Assembly: GCA_043808095.1 (NCBI GenBank)
Contig: JAZDFF010000040.1
Coordinates: 1,908-65,907, forward strand
Source: Candidatus Omnitrophota bacterium
Lineage (GTDB): Bacteria > Omnitrophota > Gorgyraeia > JAZDFF01
DNA: 64,000 bases
Direction of reading: 5' to 3'
A model generated the notes under the pieces. It was given only the letters and a program-made list of their open reading frames with translations. It made no database searches and had not been told where the DNA came from. Positions 38,120 to 48,600 of the stretch are shown one piece after another. Position 1 is the first letter of the stretch; each line of letters starts with the position of its first letter. The position numbers and the translations under genes were made by a program.

Positions 38120-38141
38120 CATTTATTTATGGTAAATTTAG

Positions 38142-38213
38142 TTGCCCGGTCTGGACTCGAACCAGAAAAGCGAGACCCAAATTCTCGTGTGTTACCAATT
38201 ACACTACCGGGCA
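38142..38213 (-). tRNA. tRNA-Gln(TTG)
   Basis: TGCCCGG acceptor, CGAGA-ATTTGGG-TCTCG arm, GGTTCGAGTCC. Confidence 0.92.
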
Positions 38214-38225
38214 ATAATTTATATA

Positions 38226-38645
38226 TTAATAGCCCGGCTCTCCTAGGTCTTGCGAAGAAGAGACGCTAACTTTAGACTTATCTTTTTCATAGGCCTCCAG
38301 AACCTTTTTCTGCAAGACTTCTCTGAAGGTCTGAGTAATGGGATGGCAGATATCTTTATGCTCTGACTGCGCTGTCTGATTATCGCTTGAAACTGGCCTT
38401 GGGATTACAGGAAGCTGAGCTGCGCACTGGTTACAGAATTTGCTATGCAGTTCATTGCGGAACCCGCATTTAGGGCAAGGCGTCTTTAATCTCCTTGACG
38501 GCATAGCAATAAAAAGACCGCTGTTTCCCTGAATTACCTTGATGTTTCTTACCACAAAGGCGTTATCGAAAGTCACAGTTGCATAAGCTTTTAGTTTTTT
38601 ATCCGGACTTTCCTTCAAAAAAATCCTAACCTCAGTTATCTCCAT
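38226..38645 (-). CDS. spoVG: SpoVG-family protein with zinc-ribbon insert
   Basis: MEITEVRI, GLFIAMPS, CPKC..CNQC, DICHPI. Confidence 0.92.
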   Translation of the reverse strand: MEITEVRIFLKESPDKKLKAYATVTFDNAFVVRNIKVIQGNSGLFIAMPSRRLKTPCPKCGFRNELHSKFCNQCAAQLPVIPRPVSSDNQTAQSEHKDICHPITQTFREVLQKKVLEAYEKDKSKVSVSSSQDLGEPGY

Positions 38646-38755
38646 GGCTAGCCCTCCTTATCCAAACCAAACGCAAATCTTGCTTCCTTCGCTTAACCCA
38701 ATAAACAATCCTCAAGCGAAGTCGAAGGATCTCATTTGTTGACAAAGATTTAGCG

Positions 38756-39640
38756 CTACCTAGTCTTTACCACATACGTCTGCCAATCCTTCTTCTGGTT
38801 AAGTACTGCTTGGTACTTCTCGGCCTCCTTTCTTGACTTCAGTATGGCATAAACTGCTGCGCCGCTTCCTGACATGCAGGCGGTATTTATGCCTAAATTT
38901 CGCAAATAATCCTTAATTTGGCCAACTTCAGGGAATTTTTCTAACGTTTCCGTCTCCAGGCTGTTATGGATATACCTAGGAAGGCCGCTAAAGTCTCTAT
39001 CCTTTAAGACACGGACTAGCATTTTAACATCTTTATTGCTATCTGTCAATCCTTCGGTTTTGTCCGGGATGGATTTGAAGTTTAGACCCTGGTAAATGGA
39101 TTTAGTGGAAACCGAAACCGAAGGAACCACCAGGAGATGCCAAAACCTACCTATGCCTCTTAAAGGCTTTATTTCATCTCCCCGGCCCCTTCCCAGGCCA
39201 AACCTATAGCCTAAGACAAAAAAAGCCACATCTGAGCCTAATATTCGTGCGTATTTTAAAAGCTGTTTTCTGCTTAATCTTAAACCCAAAAGCTGATTTA
39301 GGCCTAATAATGTGGCTGCGGCATTACTCGAGCCCCCTGCCAGGCCGCTACCTACGGGTATATTTTTCTTTATCTGGATATCAACGCCGGCTTTGAGACT
39401 AAAATCTTTCTTTAAGATTTCCGCTGCCTGAAAGGCCAGGTTTCTTGCACCTTGCGGCACAGCCTTATCAAGGCAACTGACCCGGATAAGCCCTGAAGAA
39501 TTTAGTTTAAGGCCGACCTCGTCGCAAAGGTCAATTCTTTCAAAGACGGTTTCAATATCATGAAATCCGTCTGCCCTTTTAGCTAATACATTCAGGTAAA
39601 GGTTTAATTTGGCGCAAGATGCGAGGACCAATTTCTTCAT
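38756..39640 (-). CDS. ispE: CDP-ME kinase
   Basis: AKLNLYL, KNIPVGSGLAGGSSNAA, GSDV, MSGSG. ATG 39640 is the likely start. Confidence 0.96.
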   Translation of the reverse strand: MKKLVLASCAKLNLYLNVLAKRADGFHDIETVFERIDLCDEVGLKLNSSGLIRVSCLDKAVPQGARNLAFQAAEILKKDFSLKAGVDIQIKKNIPVGSGLAGGSSNAAATLLGLNQLLGLRLSRKQLLKYARILGSDVAFFVLGYRFGLGRGRGDEIKPLRGIGRFWHLLVVPSVSVSTKSIYQGLNFKSIPDKTEGLTDSNKDVKMLVRVLKDRDFSGLPRYIHNSLETETLEKFPEVGQIKDYLRNLGINTACMSGSGAAVYAILKSRKEAEKYQAVLNQKKDWQTYVVKTR

Positions 39641-39710
39641 AAACGCTAAATCGCCTGCCTGACGGTGAAGCAGGCAGGGCATTTGGCGGTTTTGCGGTAT
39701 AGCCAAGTTT

Positions 39711-40643
39711 TCATTTCTTATCTAATATCTTCTTTGCCTGCTTTACGATATCACCAGCAGTAAGATTATATTCCTTTAACAGCTCCTCGCACTCTCCGGA
39801 CTGGCCAAATCTATTTCTTACCCCTATCCTCTCAACCCGAGTAGGAAAATTTTCTAAGACTACATCGTCCACTGCCGAGGCAAGACCTCCAATAATCATG
39901 TGCTCTTCGCAAACTACAATACCTTTAGTCTGGCGAGTGGCATCAACAATGGCCGCTGTATCCAGTGGTTTTATAGTATGCATATTAATAACTCGGCAAG
40001 ATACGCCTTCTTTTTTAAGGATGGATGCGGCATCCAACGCTTCTTTTACCATGATGCCGCAGGCAACTATAGTTATATCCCTGCCATCTTCTAAAATATC
40101 AGCATGACCTAATTTAAAAGGACTCTTTCTTTCTATTGTAGGGACCTTGGGCCTGCCCAGGCGCACATAAACAGGACCGGGGTGTTTTACTGCGGCCATT
40201 ATGGCATCCTTGGTTTGGGGTCCATCGCAAGGCACAATTATTGTCATATTCGCAATTACCCGCATAATGGCAATATCCTCAATCGCATGATGACTTGAAC
40301 CATCGGGCCCGACAGTAATGCCCGCATGCGAGGCCACGATTTTGATATTAAAATTATTGAAACAGACGGTGTTTCGGATCTGCTCCCAGGCCCTGCCTGT
40401 GGCAAATATGGCAAAGGTTGAACAAAATACGGTCTTACCGCAACTAGCCAAACCTGCTGCCGCAGCCATCATGTTCTGTTCGGCGATACCAAAATTAAAA
40501 AATCTATCGGGAAATTCTTTGGCAAAAAGACTTGTGCGGGTTGAACTGGATAGATCCGCATCCAAGACTACAATGTCTTTATTTTCTTTGCCTAATTCAA
40601 CTAAGGTCTTACCGTAAATATCGCGCTGATATAGTAATTCCAT
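39711..40643 (-). CDS. Transketolase, C-terminal subunit
   Basis: DADL, GIAEQNM, GPDGSSH, PVYVRL, IKPLD, EEH. Confidence 0.95.
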   Translation of the reverse strand: MELLYQRDIYGKTLVELGKENKDIVVLDADLSSSTRTSLFAKEFPDRFFNFGIAEQNMMAAAAGLASCGKTVFCSTFAIFATGRAWEQIRNTVCFNNFNIKIVASHAGITVGPDGSSHHAIEDIAIMRVIANMTIIVPCDGPQTKDAIMAAVKHPGPVYVRLGRPKVPTIERKSPFKLGHADILEDGRDITIVACGIMVKEALDAASILKKEGVSCRVINMHTIKPLDTAAIVDATRQTKGIVVCEEHMIIGGLASAVDDVVLENFPTRVERIGVRNRFGQSGECEELLKEYNLTAGDIVKQAKKILDKK

Positions 40644-40789
40644 GGTTAAATTGCTATATTGTTAAATTGTTATACTGCTATCAATTTGACAATTTTCCCG
40701 CCCATCAATTTAATTACGTGACGGGATCCCGCCACTTTTTATAAAACTGTTTAGGCGGGAAACAGTTTGACAGTTTAACAATTTAAAAG

Positions 40790-41611
40790 TTACTCTAGTT
40801 CTTTAAGCGCCCTTTGGGCCTCTTCGGCAGTCGGTGCCCTGCCGTGAAAGTCTACTACATGCTCCATAAAAGAAACGCCTTTACCTTTTACCGTATGGGC
40901 AATTATGATCGTTGGTTTATCCTTAATCGTCTTGGCCTGGCTAAAGGCATCAAGGATCTGGGCGATATTATGTCCGTCTATCTCAATGGTATACCAGCCA
41001 AAGGCCTTCCATTTTTCCACTACCGGCTCAATATCCATAATGTCCTGGATTTTTCCGTCTATCTGGAAGCCATTGTAATCGAGCATAGCGCAAAGGTTAT
41101 CGCATTTAAAATGGGCTGCGGCCATGGCTGCCTCCCAGATATTGCCCTCTTGAATTTCCCCGTCTCCCATCAGACAATAAATATGGTAGTCCTTTTTATC
41201 GATTTTGGCAGCCAGACTCATCCCCAGCGCCACTGACAGACCCTGGCCTAAAGAACCGCTTGCTACATCTACTCCGCAAACGCCTCTGTCCGGATGACCT
41301 TGTAAGATACTGCCGAGTTTCCTTAAGGTCAGAAGTTCTTCTTTTTTGAAATATCCGCTCTCAGCTAAGACTGCATACCAGAGCGGACAACAATGTCCTT
41401 TAGAAAGATGAAACCTATCCCGGTCTGGCCAATCCGGTTTTTTCGGATCATGGCGCAATACCTTAAAATATAAGCAAGTAATTAAATCTGTAGCAGAAAG
41501 AGACCCGCCCGGATGACCAGAGCGAGCCTCGGCTAACATCTGGATAATCAGCCGGCGGATCTGTTTGGCTTTTGCCTCTAATAACTTGATGTCTTCTTTG
41601 GTATAACTCAT
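40790..41611 (-). CDS. Transketolase, N-terminal subunit
   Basis: SGHPGG, DRFHLSKGH, GSLGQG, GDGE..EG..WE. Confidence 0.95.
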   Translation of the reverse strand: MSYTKEDIKLLEAKAKQIRRLIIQMLAEARSGHPGGSLSATDLITCLYFKVLRHDPKKPDWPDRDRFHLSKGHCCPLWYAVLAESGYFKKEELLTLRKLGSILQGHPDRGVCGVDVASGSLGQGLSVALGMSLAAKIDKKDYHIYCLMGDGEIQEGNIWEAAMAAAHFKCDNLCAMLDYNGFQIDGKIQDIMDIEPVVEKWKAFGWYTIEIDGHNIAQILDAFSQAKTIKDKPTIIIAHTVKGKGVSFMEHVVDFHGRAPTAEEAQRALKELE

Positions 41612-41824
41612 TTTATTTACTGATAATTATTCTCAAACGCGAATTTTCGCCAATCAAACGCAAATAGTCGCTAATTTTATTCGCGACCATTAGCGTTCCC
41701 GCCACAAAGATTGGCGGGTCCGCCTCCGCCATAATAATTGGCGGATGCGCCAATATTTGTGGTGCAAAAGAATTGTGGCGGAAGATTCGCGACCATTAGC
41801 GTTAAGAAGATTTTTTCAAAGTAT

Positions 41825-42799
41825 TTATTTTAACTTTTCTATCTTCTCTTTTACTTTATCTTGTTCCGCATCTAATTCTAAAGATTTCTTCCAGCTTTCT
41901 TTGGCCAGGTCCTTGGAATTCAGCTTCAAATACGTATCGCCCAGATGGTCTAAGATAACCGGGTCCTTGACTAAATCCGTGGCCTTTTTAAGTTGTATTA
42001 GCGCCTCATTAAACATCCCTTTTTTATAGAGGGCCCAGCCCAAACTATCTATAAAGGCACCGTTTTGGGGATCTATCGCCAGGGCCTGGTCTATTAAATC
42101 AATCGCCTCATCCAGGTTAATTCCATTTTCTGCGTAAAGATAGCCGAGTGAATTTAAGGCATCGGAATGCTGAGGATTCAGCTCAATTGCCTTTTTTAGA
42201 TTTTTAATCGCCTCGCTGCGCTTGGCTTGTTCTTCATATAAAAACCCAAGATAAAAATAGGCATCGCTGCTTTTGGGGTCAATTTCCAGGATAAATTTAT
42301 ATTGATTAATGGCCATATCAAGTTTTTTCTGATAATAGTATAACTGTCCAAGCGAATGGTAGATCTGCAGGTTTTTAGGGTCTAATTTATTGGCCTTTTT
42401 TAAGACCTCTTCATATTGGCTGGCTGCTTCGTCGAACCTCTTTAAAGAAGCATAAAGGAGGGCAAGTAAAACTCTTGGCTCAATAGCATTGGGGTTAGAA
42501 TTTATTGTCTGTTTTAACTGAGTAATTGCCTGTTCGTACTTTTCTAGCCTGATGTAATCAACTGCCAGTCTTAAACTGATTGAAATAGCTTCGGCATCAA
42601 AGTTGCTGGCCTTTTTATATTCTTCTATGGCCGATTCTAAATCATCGGTTTGCTCATATAAAAGGCCCATCATATAATGGGCAAAGGCCCGGGAATCCTT
42701 TTTTGACTCAGGAGAAGCTTGAGCGCAACCGGTGAAGACAAAAAATATTGTAGCTATGATCCCTAATATAGGCAGGAATCGTCGTAGATTCGATGTCAT
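41825..42799 (-). CDS. TPR protein (probable lipoprotein)
   Basis: FTGC lipobox-like motif, TPRs, ALNSLGY, IDSLGW, DHLGD. Confidence 0.88.
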   Translation of the reverse strand: MTSNLRRFLPILGIIATIFFVFTGCAQASPESKKDSRAFAHYMMGLLYEQTDDLESAIEEYKKASNFDAEAISISLRLAVDYIRLEKYEQAITQLKQTINSNPNAIEPRVLLALLYASLKRFDEAASQYEEVLKKANKLDPKNLQIYHSLGQLYYYQKKLDMAINQYKFILEIDPKSSDAYFYLGFLYEEQAKRSEAIKNLKKAIELNPQHSDALNSLGYLYAENGINLDEAIDLIDQALAIDPQNGAFIDSLGWALYKKGMFNEALIQLKKATDLVKDPVILDHLGDTYLKLNSKDLAKESWKKSLELDAEQDKVKEKIEKLK

Positions 42800-42830
42800 G
42801 ATTTATTTCTTGCTAAAGACGGATAGGACT

Positions 42831-42932
42831 TTAACCCCAGGCCCTCTTCTTGAGATGTCTGCGAAGTCTTCGCATCTTTTTTCTCTTGTGGGTGCGGATC
42901 TTTCTTCTTTTTCTTTTTCTACCGCAAGGCAT
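42831..42932 (-). CDS. 33-aa basic protein, AURKAIP1/COX24 (bS22-like) family; absent from the ORF track
   Basis: MPCGRKRKRRKIRTHKRKKMRRLRRHLKKRAWG with a GAGGGG RBS. Confidence 0.85.
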   Translation of the reverse strand: MPCGRKRKRRKIRTHKRKKMRRLRRHLKKRAWG

Positions 42933-43033
42933 TTTCCCCTCACTCCTTCGTCGTTCGGGAGTAACCAGATAACAGTCTCCAGTAACCTGATTAAATTAAT
43001 TTTTCTGGTTTCTGTAAACTGGTTTCTGGTTAC

Positions 43034-43906
43034 TTAATATATCACCTTATTCAACGGATATTCTACGATTCCCTGGGCGCCGGCCATTTTTAAAGCCGGA
43101 ATTAAATTGCGCACAACATTCTCGTCGATCACTGTCTCAATGGCACACCAGCCTTTTTCTGAAAGATCCGAAATGGTAGGCCTTTTTAAGGCAGGCAGTA
43201 GCGAAATTACCCTCTTTACATTGGTCTTTTTTATATTCATTTTAAGGCCGACCTTTGATTCCGCAAAGAGTGCACCTTTAAGCAAAATAGCAATCTGTTC
43301 AATCTTTTGACGCTTCCATTTATCCTGCCAGCTCTTTCGGTTGGCGATTAATTTTGTCGTCGATTCGCAGACTGTAGCAATCTCTCTTAATTTATTTGCC
43401 TTAAGGCTCCTGCCTGTTTCGGTAAGTTCAACAACGGCCTCAACTAAACCCTGGGCAACCTTAACCTCCGTAGCGCCCCAGCTGAATTCAACATCCGCCT
43501 TTACTTTATTCTTCTTTAGGAAACTCTTGGTGGCATTTACTAGTTCCGTGGCAATCTGTTTTCCTTTCAGGTCCTTTACCGATTTGATTGAAGAGCCTTC
43601 CGGAACTGCAATCACCCAGCGTACCGGCCTTAAAGACTGTTTGGCGTAGATAAGTTCTTCAACCCTAAGGACATTAGAGCCATTTTCCTTTATCCAGTCT
43701 TCGCCGGTGATTCCGCAGTCAAGGTCGCTCTCAACATAGCGGGACATCTCCTGGGCGCGCAGTAAGACCGGCTCAATCTCAGGGTCGTCTATCGATGGAA
43801 AATAAGAGCGCTCAGAGACCGAGATATTAAAACCTGCCTTCCTGAACATGACGAAAGTAGCTTCCTGTAAACTGCCCTTAGGCAGACCTAACTTCAATTT
43901 CTTCAT
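43034..43906 (-). CDS. hisG: ATP phosphoribosyltransferase (long form)
   Basis: LPKGSL, GITGED, SWGATE, ETGRSL, PT...L C-terminal domain. Confidence 0.96.
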   Translation of the reverse strand: MKKLKLGLPKGSLQEATFVMFRKAGFNISVSERSYFPSIDDPEIEPVLLRAQEMSRYVESDLDCGITGEDWIKENGSNVLRVEELIYAKQSLRPVRWVIAVPEGSSIKSVKDLKGKQIATELVNATKSFLKKNKVKADVEFSWGATEVKVAQGLVEAVVELTETGRSLKANKLREIATVCESTTKLIANRKSWQDKWKRQKIEQIAILLKGALFAESKVGLKMNIKKTNVKRVISLLPALKRPTISDLSEKGWCAIETVIDENVVRNLIPALKMAGAQGIVEYPLNKVIY

Positions 43907-43972
43907 AGAATTTCACTCCTCTTAAAATGCCAAATTATTATACAATTTAACTTCCTGTATGTAAAGGAAAAA

Positions 43973-44113
43973 TTAATGAGCCCCCGCTGCTTCGTTTTGC
44001 TACGCAAAAGCGAAGCAAAACGGTGGGGGCGAATTATCCCGCCCTTTTTTAGTATTAATATTCTTTCTAAGGACAATTCTTTAAAAGATTCGGAATGTGT
44101 AAAAGGGGCAGGG
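43973..44113. mobile_element. TTAATGAG...CGAATTA nested-palindrome element
   Basis: Inner arm TTCGTTTTGCTxCGCAAAAGCGAA is shared with intron segment 351-400. Confidence 0.7.
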
Positions 44114-44230
44114 TCACCTGCCTCACCGGCAGGCAGGAATTCAACCAATCCTTGACAAGCTTGTCAAAGAGGTTTCATTTGAGAAAAATCATCACTAAAT
44201 TATGAGCTTATGAATAACTTCGGCAGGAAC

Positions 44231-45514
44231 TTATCCATTGGCAAATTTCACCAGAAGCGGCATAAGGTCTTTGCCGAGGATTCCTTTTATAGAGCCTTCA
44301 GCACAAGTTTTTTCCGAAAAACTCTCCTGGCCATCAGGCTTAATGTTTTTACCGTAGATTAAAAGCGGCACAGGGTCGCTTGAGTGGGCTTTGAGGCTAC
44401 AAGGAGTGGAGTGGTCTGCGGTTACTGCAATGATTGAGTCCTCCTGATTCATCTTAGAAAGGAGGTTTTTAAAAAAATACTTGTCAATTAATTCGATAAT
44501 TTCTTTCTTTTTGCTAAAATCTCCGTCGTGGCCCGGTTCATCTGGGCCTTTGATGTGGATGTAAAGGCCGTCAAATTTTTCTATCTCATCAAGCGCCACT
44601 TTCGTCCAGACACTATAGTCAACATCAAGATGCCCTGTTGATGAAGGGACTTCGACTAGCGACATGCCGGTTAAAAGGGCAATGCCTTTTTCAACCGGCA
44701 TCTGGACAAATGAACCGAATCTCACTTTCAACAAATCCTCTAGCCTGGGAAATTTTGGCAGGTGATCCCCTGCATCGCGCGATAAAATAATATTTGCCGG
44801 CATTTTATTCCCGGAAATCCGCTTCTGGTTTATGAGAGACTCTAAAAGAACCTTGTGCGATTTCTGGGTAAACTCATTTAAAAGAAGGGCCGCCTCTTTT
44901 GCCGGAAGGCTATCTTCGTGGCCGGCCACGGGGCTGGATATAGAAACTAGGTTTTCAAATTTCTCTTTGGCCACGCCAAATACGCCTTCACGGTCATAGG
45001 CCGGGTCAGTATTGGTAATCCAGCCGGAAAGTTTTGAGTGCATGCCCCTTATAACCAATACCCCGCGGTGGCCGATGGTATTTTTGAATTCAAAGGTGGC
45101 ATTTGAAAGCGTGACCTTGGCATTTATCTCTTTAGAAAGGGCGGTCGCCTCTTCCGTAGTTAAATTTCTGCCTACCCGGCGGTCTTTGATGGTTTTCCCG
45201 TCGGAGTCAACCGTGGCAAAATTTACCCTGAGGGCAAGATTACCGTCTTCTACGGCCAGACCCTCGGCAAAGGACTCCAGCGGGCCTCTTCCGGTGTAAT
45301 ACTTACGCGCATCATAACCCAAGAGACTGATAACCGCAATATCCGACTCCGGGGCAATGCCTTTGGCTACCGGATAAAGCAGGCCGAGTTTGCTTTTCTT
45401 GGCTAAACCATCCAGAGTTGGCGTTGATGCGGCCTCAAGAGGAGTTTTATTATCCAAGGCTTTTATGGGAAGGTCACCTAAGCCGTCTAAAACTATGTAG
45501 AAGATTTTTTTCAT
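44231..45514 (-). CDS. apgM: Cofactor-independent phosphoglycerate mutase, archaeal type
   Basis: LDGLGD, TPLEAA, GRGPLE, DEPGHDG, TADHSTP, HSSDPVP. Confidence 0.92.
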   Translation of the reverse strand: MKKIFYIVLDGLGDLPIKALDNKTPLEAASTPTLDGLAKKSKLGLLYPVAKGIAPESDIAVISLLGYDARKYYTGRGPLESFAEGLAVEDGNLALRVNFATVDSDGKTIKDRRVGRNLTTEEATALSKEINAKVTLSNATFEFKNTIGHRGVLVIRGMHSKLSGWITNTDPAYDREGVFGVAKEKFENLVSISSPVAGHEDSLPAKEAALLLNEFTQKSHKVLLESLINQKRISGNKMPANIILSRDAGDHLPKFPRLEDLLKVRFGSFVQMPVEKGIALLTGMSLVEVPSSTGHLDVDYSVWTKVALDEIEKFDGLYIHIKGPDEPGHDGDFSKKKEIIELIDKYFFKNLLSKMNQEDSIIAVTADHSTPCSLKAHSSDPVPLLIYGKNIKPDGQESFSEKTCAEGSIKGILGKDLMPLLVKFANG

Positions 45515-45603
45515 CTTTACACTAATTTACACTAATCAAACACTGATATTCACGAATATTTTATTTGTGTTTATTCGTGTGCAATTTGTGGTAATTCGTG
45601 ATT

Positions 45604-48600
45604 CTAACACTTAGAGAAACCACAGCCATGGCATTTGATACAGCCTTCTTCATGACGTAATGCTCCGCCGCAATCAGGGCAAACACCGACGATGTTTCCC
45701 CGATGGGCGCTGTGAACAAGATGCTCTTCGGATTTAAGCAGAGATTCGATTTCTTGGTTTACCTCTGATTCTTTTTGCTTATTATTAAGTAGCCTTTTTT
45801 CGATTACCCTGGCCATAGCATCGGCACAGGAAAAAATCCTCACACCCTTTTCCCAGGAAGGCGAAGGACACCTAATACCATGCAATTGGTCAATTATAGA
45901 CTTTACTTCAATCTCAGAGCGCAGCGCCAAAGAAACGAGCCTGCCTATAGCCTCAAGTTGGCTAGCTGCACATCCTCCGGCCTTACCCATCTGGGTAAAG
46001 ATCTCAAAAGGCCTACCTTCTTCGTCGCTATTTATGGTTACATAAAGATTACCGCAGCCTGTCGGCACCTTTGTAGTTGTTCCGTTAATTACCTCGGGGC
46101 GCGGCCGGGGCGTAATCTTATCAATCTCTGTCTTTTGTTCTTTACGGCCGATGTTTAGGACTTGTTCATCCCTGCTTCTGTCTCGGTAAATAGTCGCACC
46201 TTTACAACCGAGTTTATAGGCACTCATGTAAACCTGGCGCACGTCTTCAACAGTAGCATTTTCCGGGAAGTTCACGGTTTTACTGACTGCATTATCAGTA
46301 TACCTCTGGAATACTGCCTGCATCCTGATATGCCACTCGGGTGCAATATCATGGGCAGTGACAAAAACCCGCCTGATATCTTCAGGTATTTCTTTTAAAT
46401 CTTTGATTGAGCCTTTCTCGGCAACCTTAGACATCAATTCCCGGGAATAAAACCCTCTTTCCTTGGCTACCTCTTCAAATACTGGGTCTACCTCAACAAG
46501 TTTATCATTATCCATCACATTGCGATAATAAGAGACGGCAAATATCGGCTCAATACCCGAGGAGCACGGACCGGCAATAATACTTATTGTTCCGGTAGGG
46601 GCAATTGTGGTAAGAGTAGCATTTCTGAGTCTTAGGCTTTTTTTCTTATCATACATGCTACCAAGAAATGCCGGGAAAACCCCTCTTTCCTTGGCAAGCC
46701 GTATAGACTCTTCTCTTGCCTCTTTAAGGATAAAAGACATTATTGCATTACCGAGTCTTAAGGCCTCATCAGAATCATAAGGAATACCCAATTTTAAAAG
46801 AAGGCTACCCCAGCCCATTACACCAAGTCCGATTTTACGGGTAAGCTTGGTGTTCTCTTCAATTATCGGCACAGGGAATTTATTGATGTCGATGACGTTA
46901 TCCAAGAAATGCACAGCTCCATGAGTTATGTTTTTAAGTCTGGGCCAATCGACGCTAAGTCTGCCATTTTTCTCTTTGACCATTAAGGCAAGGTTAATTG
47001 AGCCCAGATTACAGGATTCATAAGGCAAAAGTACTTGCTCTCCGCAAGGATTAGTCGACTCGTACTTGCCTAATTCCGGTGTGGGGTTAAATTCATTCAT
47101 CCGGTCGATAAAAATTATACCAGGTTCGCCATTTTTATGCGCCTGTTTAACAATCAAATCAAAGACCTCTTTAGCATTCAATTGTTTCAAGGCCTTGGCT
47201 GTATGCGGATCAATTAAATCGTAGTTTTCTGCCTTAGCCACTTTATTCATAAATTCCTTGGTAATGGCAACCGAGATGTTAAAATTAGTGATATCACGAT
47301 TGGATTCTTTGCAGGTTATAAACTCCAAAATATCAGGATGATCCACCCGCAATATCCCCATATTGGCGCCACGTCTGGTGCCGCCCTGTTTTACCGCCTG
47401 AGTGGCTGAGTCGAAAACCTTCATAAAAGAAACCGGTCCCGAGGCAATCCCTCCGGTAGATTGTACGACGCTATTTTTTGGCCTAAGACGAGAAAAGGAA
47501 AAACCAGTGCCTCCTCCACTTTTGTGGATCAATGCAGTAGCTTTGAGTGATTCAAAAATGCTATCCATGGAATCATCGATGGGCAGGACGAAACAATTAT
47601 GAACGGAAACGAAATTCGCAGAATAGGAATGATCTTCTTCAACTTCTAAATTATAGACCTTGCCCTGATAAGACTGTTTTTCAATATAGTCAACAGGACT
47701 AAATAATATTCCCTCCCTCTCGATACTACGGATAAATTCAAAACCATTATGCGGTATTTCTGTTTCTAATAATTCGGCTACAATCTGAGAACCATATCTG
47801 CCCGAAACCTGACATTTCACTGGTCTAACCCGACCCAGACGAGGCATCGAATCAAAATTTAAAGCAGCAAAGGACCCCAAGCGCATCAACATCTGCCAAG
47901 CAGCATAAACCGCATTTGTATTACACATTACTAATTTTGTAGAAAAATTATTCCCATTCTTAAAGACACAACTGTCGCCTCTAAATAATCCGGCAAGAAA
48001 TCCTTTTTGCTTTTTGGCAGGTAAAAGAATAAACCATGGCGGTATAGATTTAGAAGCATAGCCTGTGTTAAATAATTTCAAAAAGAATTCAGCCAATATC
48101 TTAGAGTGAAATCTTAAAGAGATCCATCGACGTTGGGGAGAATCTGTAGTCTCAATTCTAGATGTTATCCCAAATTTATTTTTAACTATGCGCATAACGT
48201 CTTGTGCATATGATTCTTCTTCATTTGAGAAAGTAAATCTTAAAACCTCATTTTCACTAACACAACCCTCAGAAAAATAATATCCAAATAGTCTCATCAA
48301 AGATACATCTAATACTATTTCATTTCTTACGGGATGCACTTGTCTGGATATTTCTCCACTACGATTTCTATTTTGGGTATAAATAGTGCCGTCTTTCCTA
48401 ACATAATACCTAATATCTGCATTTCTTTGATAAAGAACCCCTTCTATTTCAATAAAATCGCTGTTATCAAGATAATCGGAGATTTTAATCGTCTCTCTAT
48501 CCATAGTTTCTTGGGGATAATTTAAAGCCACGTAGTCACCGACGCGCAGATCCGCAGCTTTTAACCAACGAATACTGCTCCCCTGTTTCCTCATAGCTAA

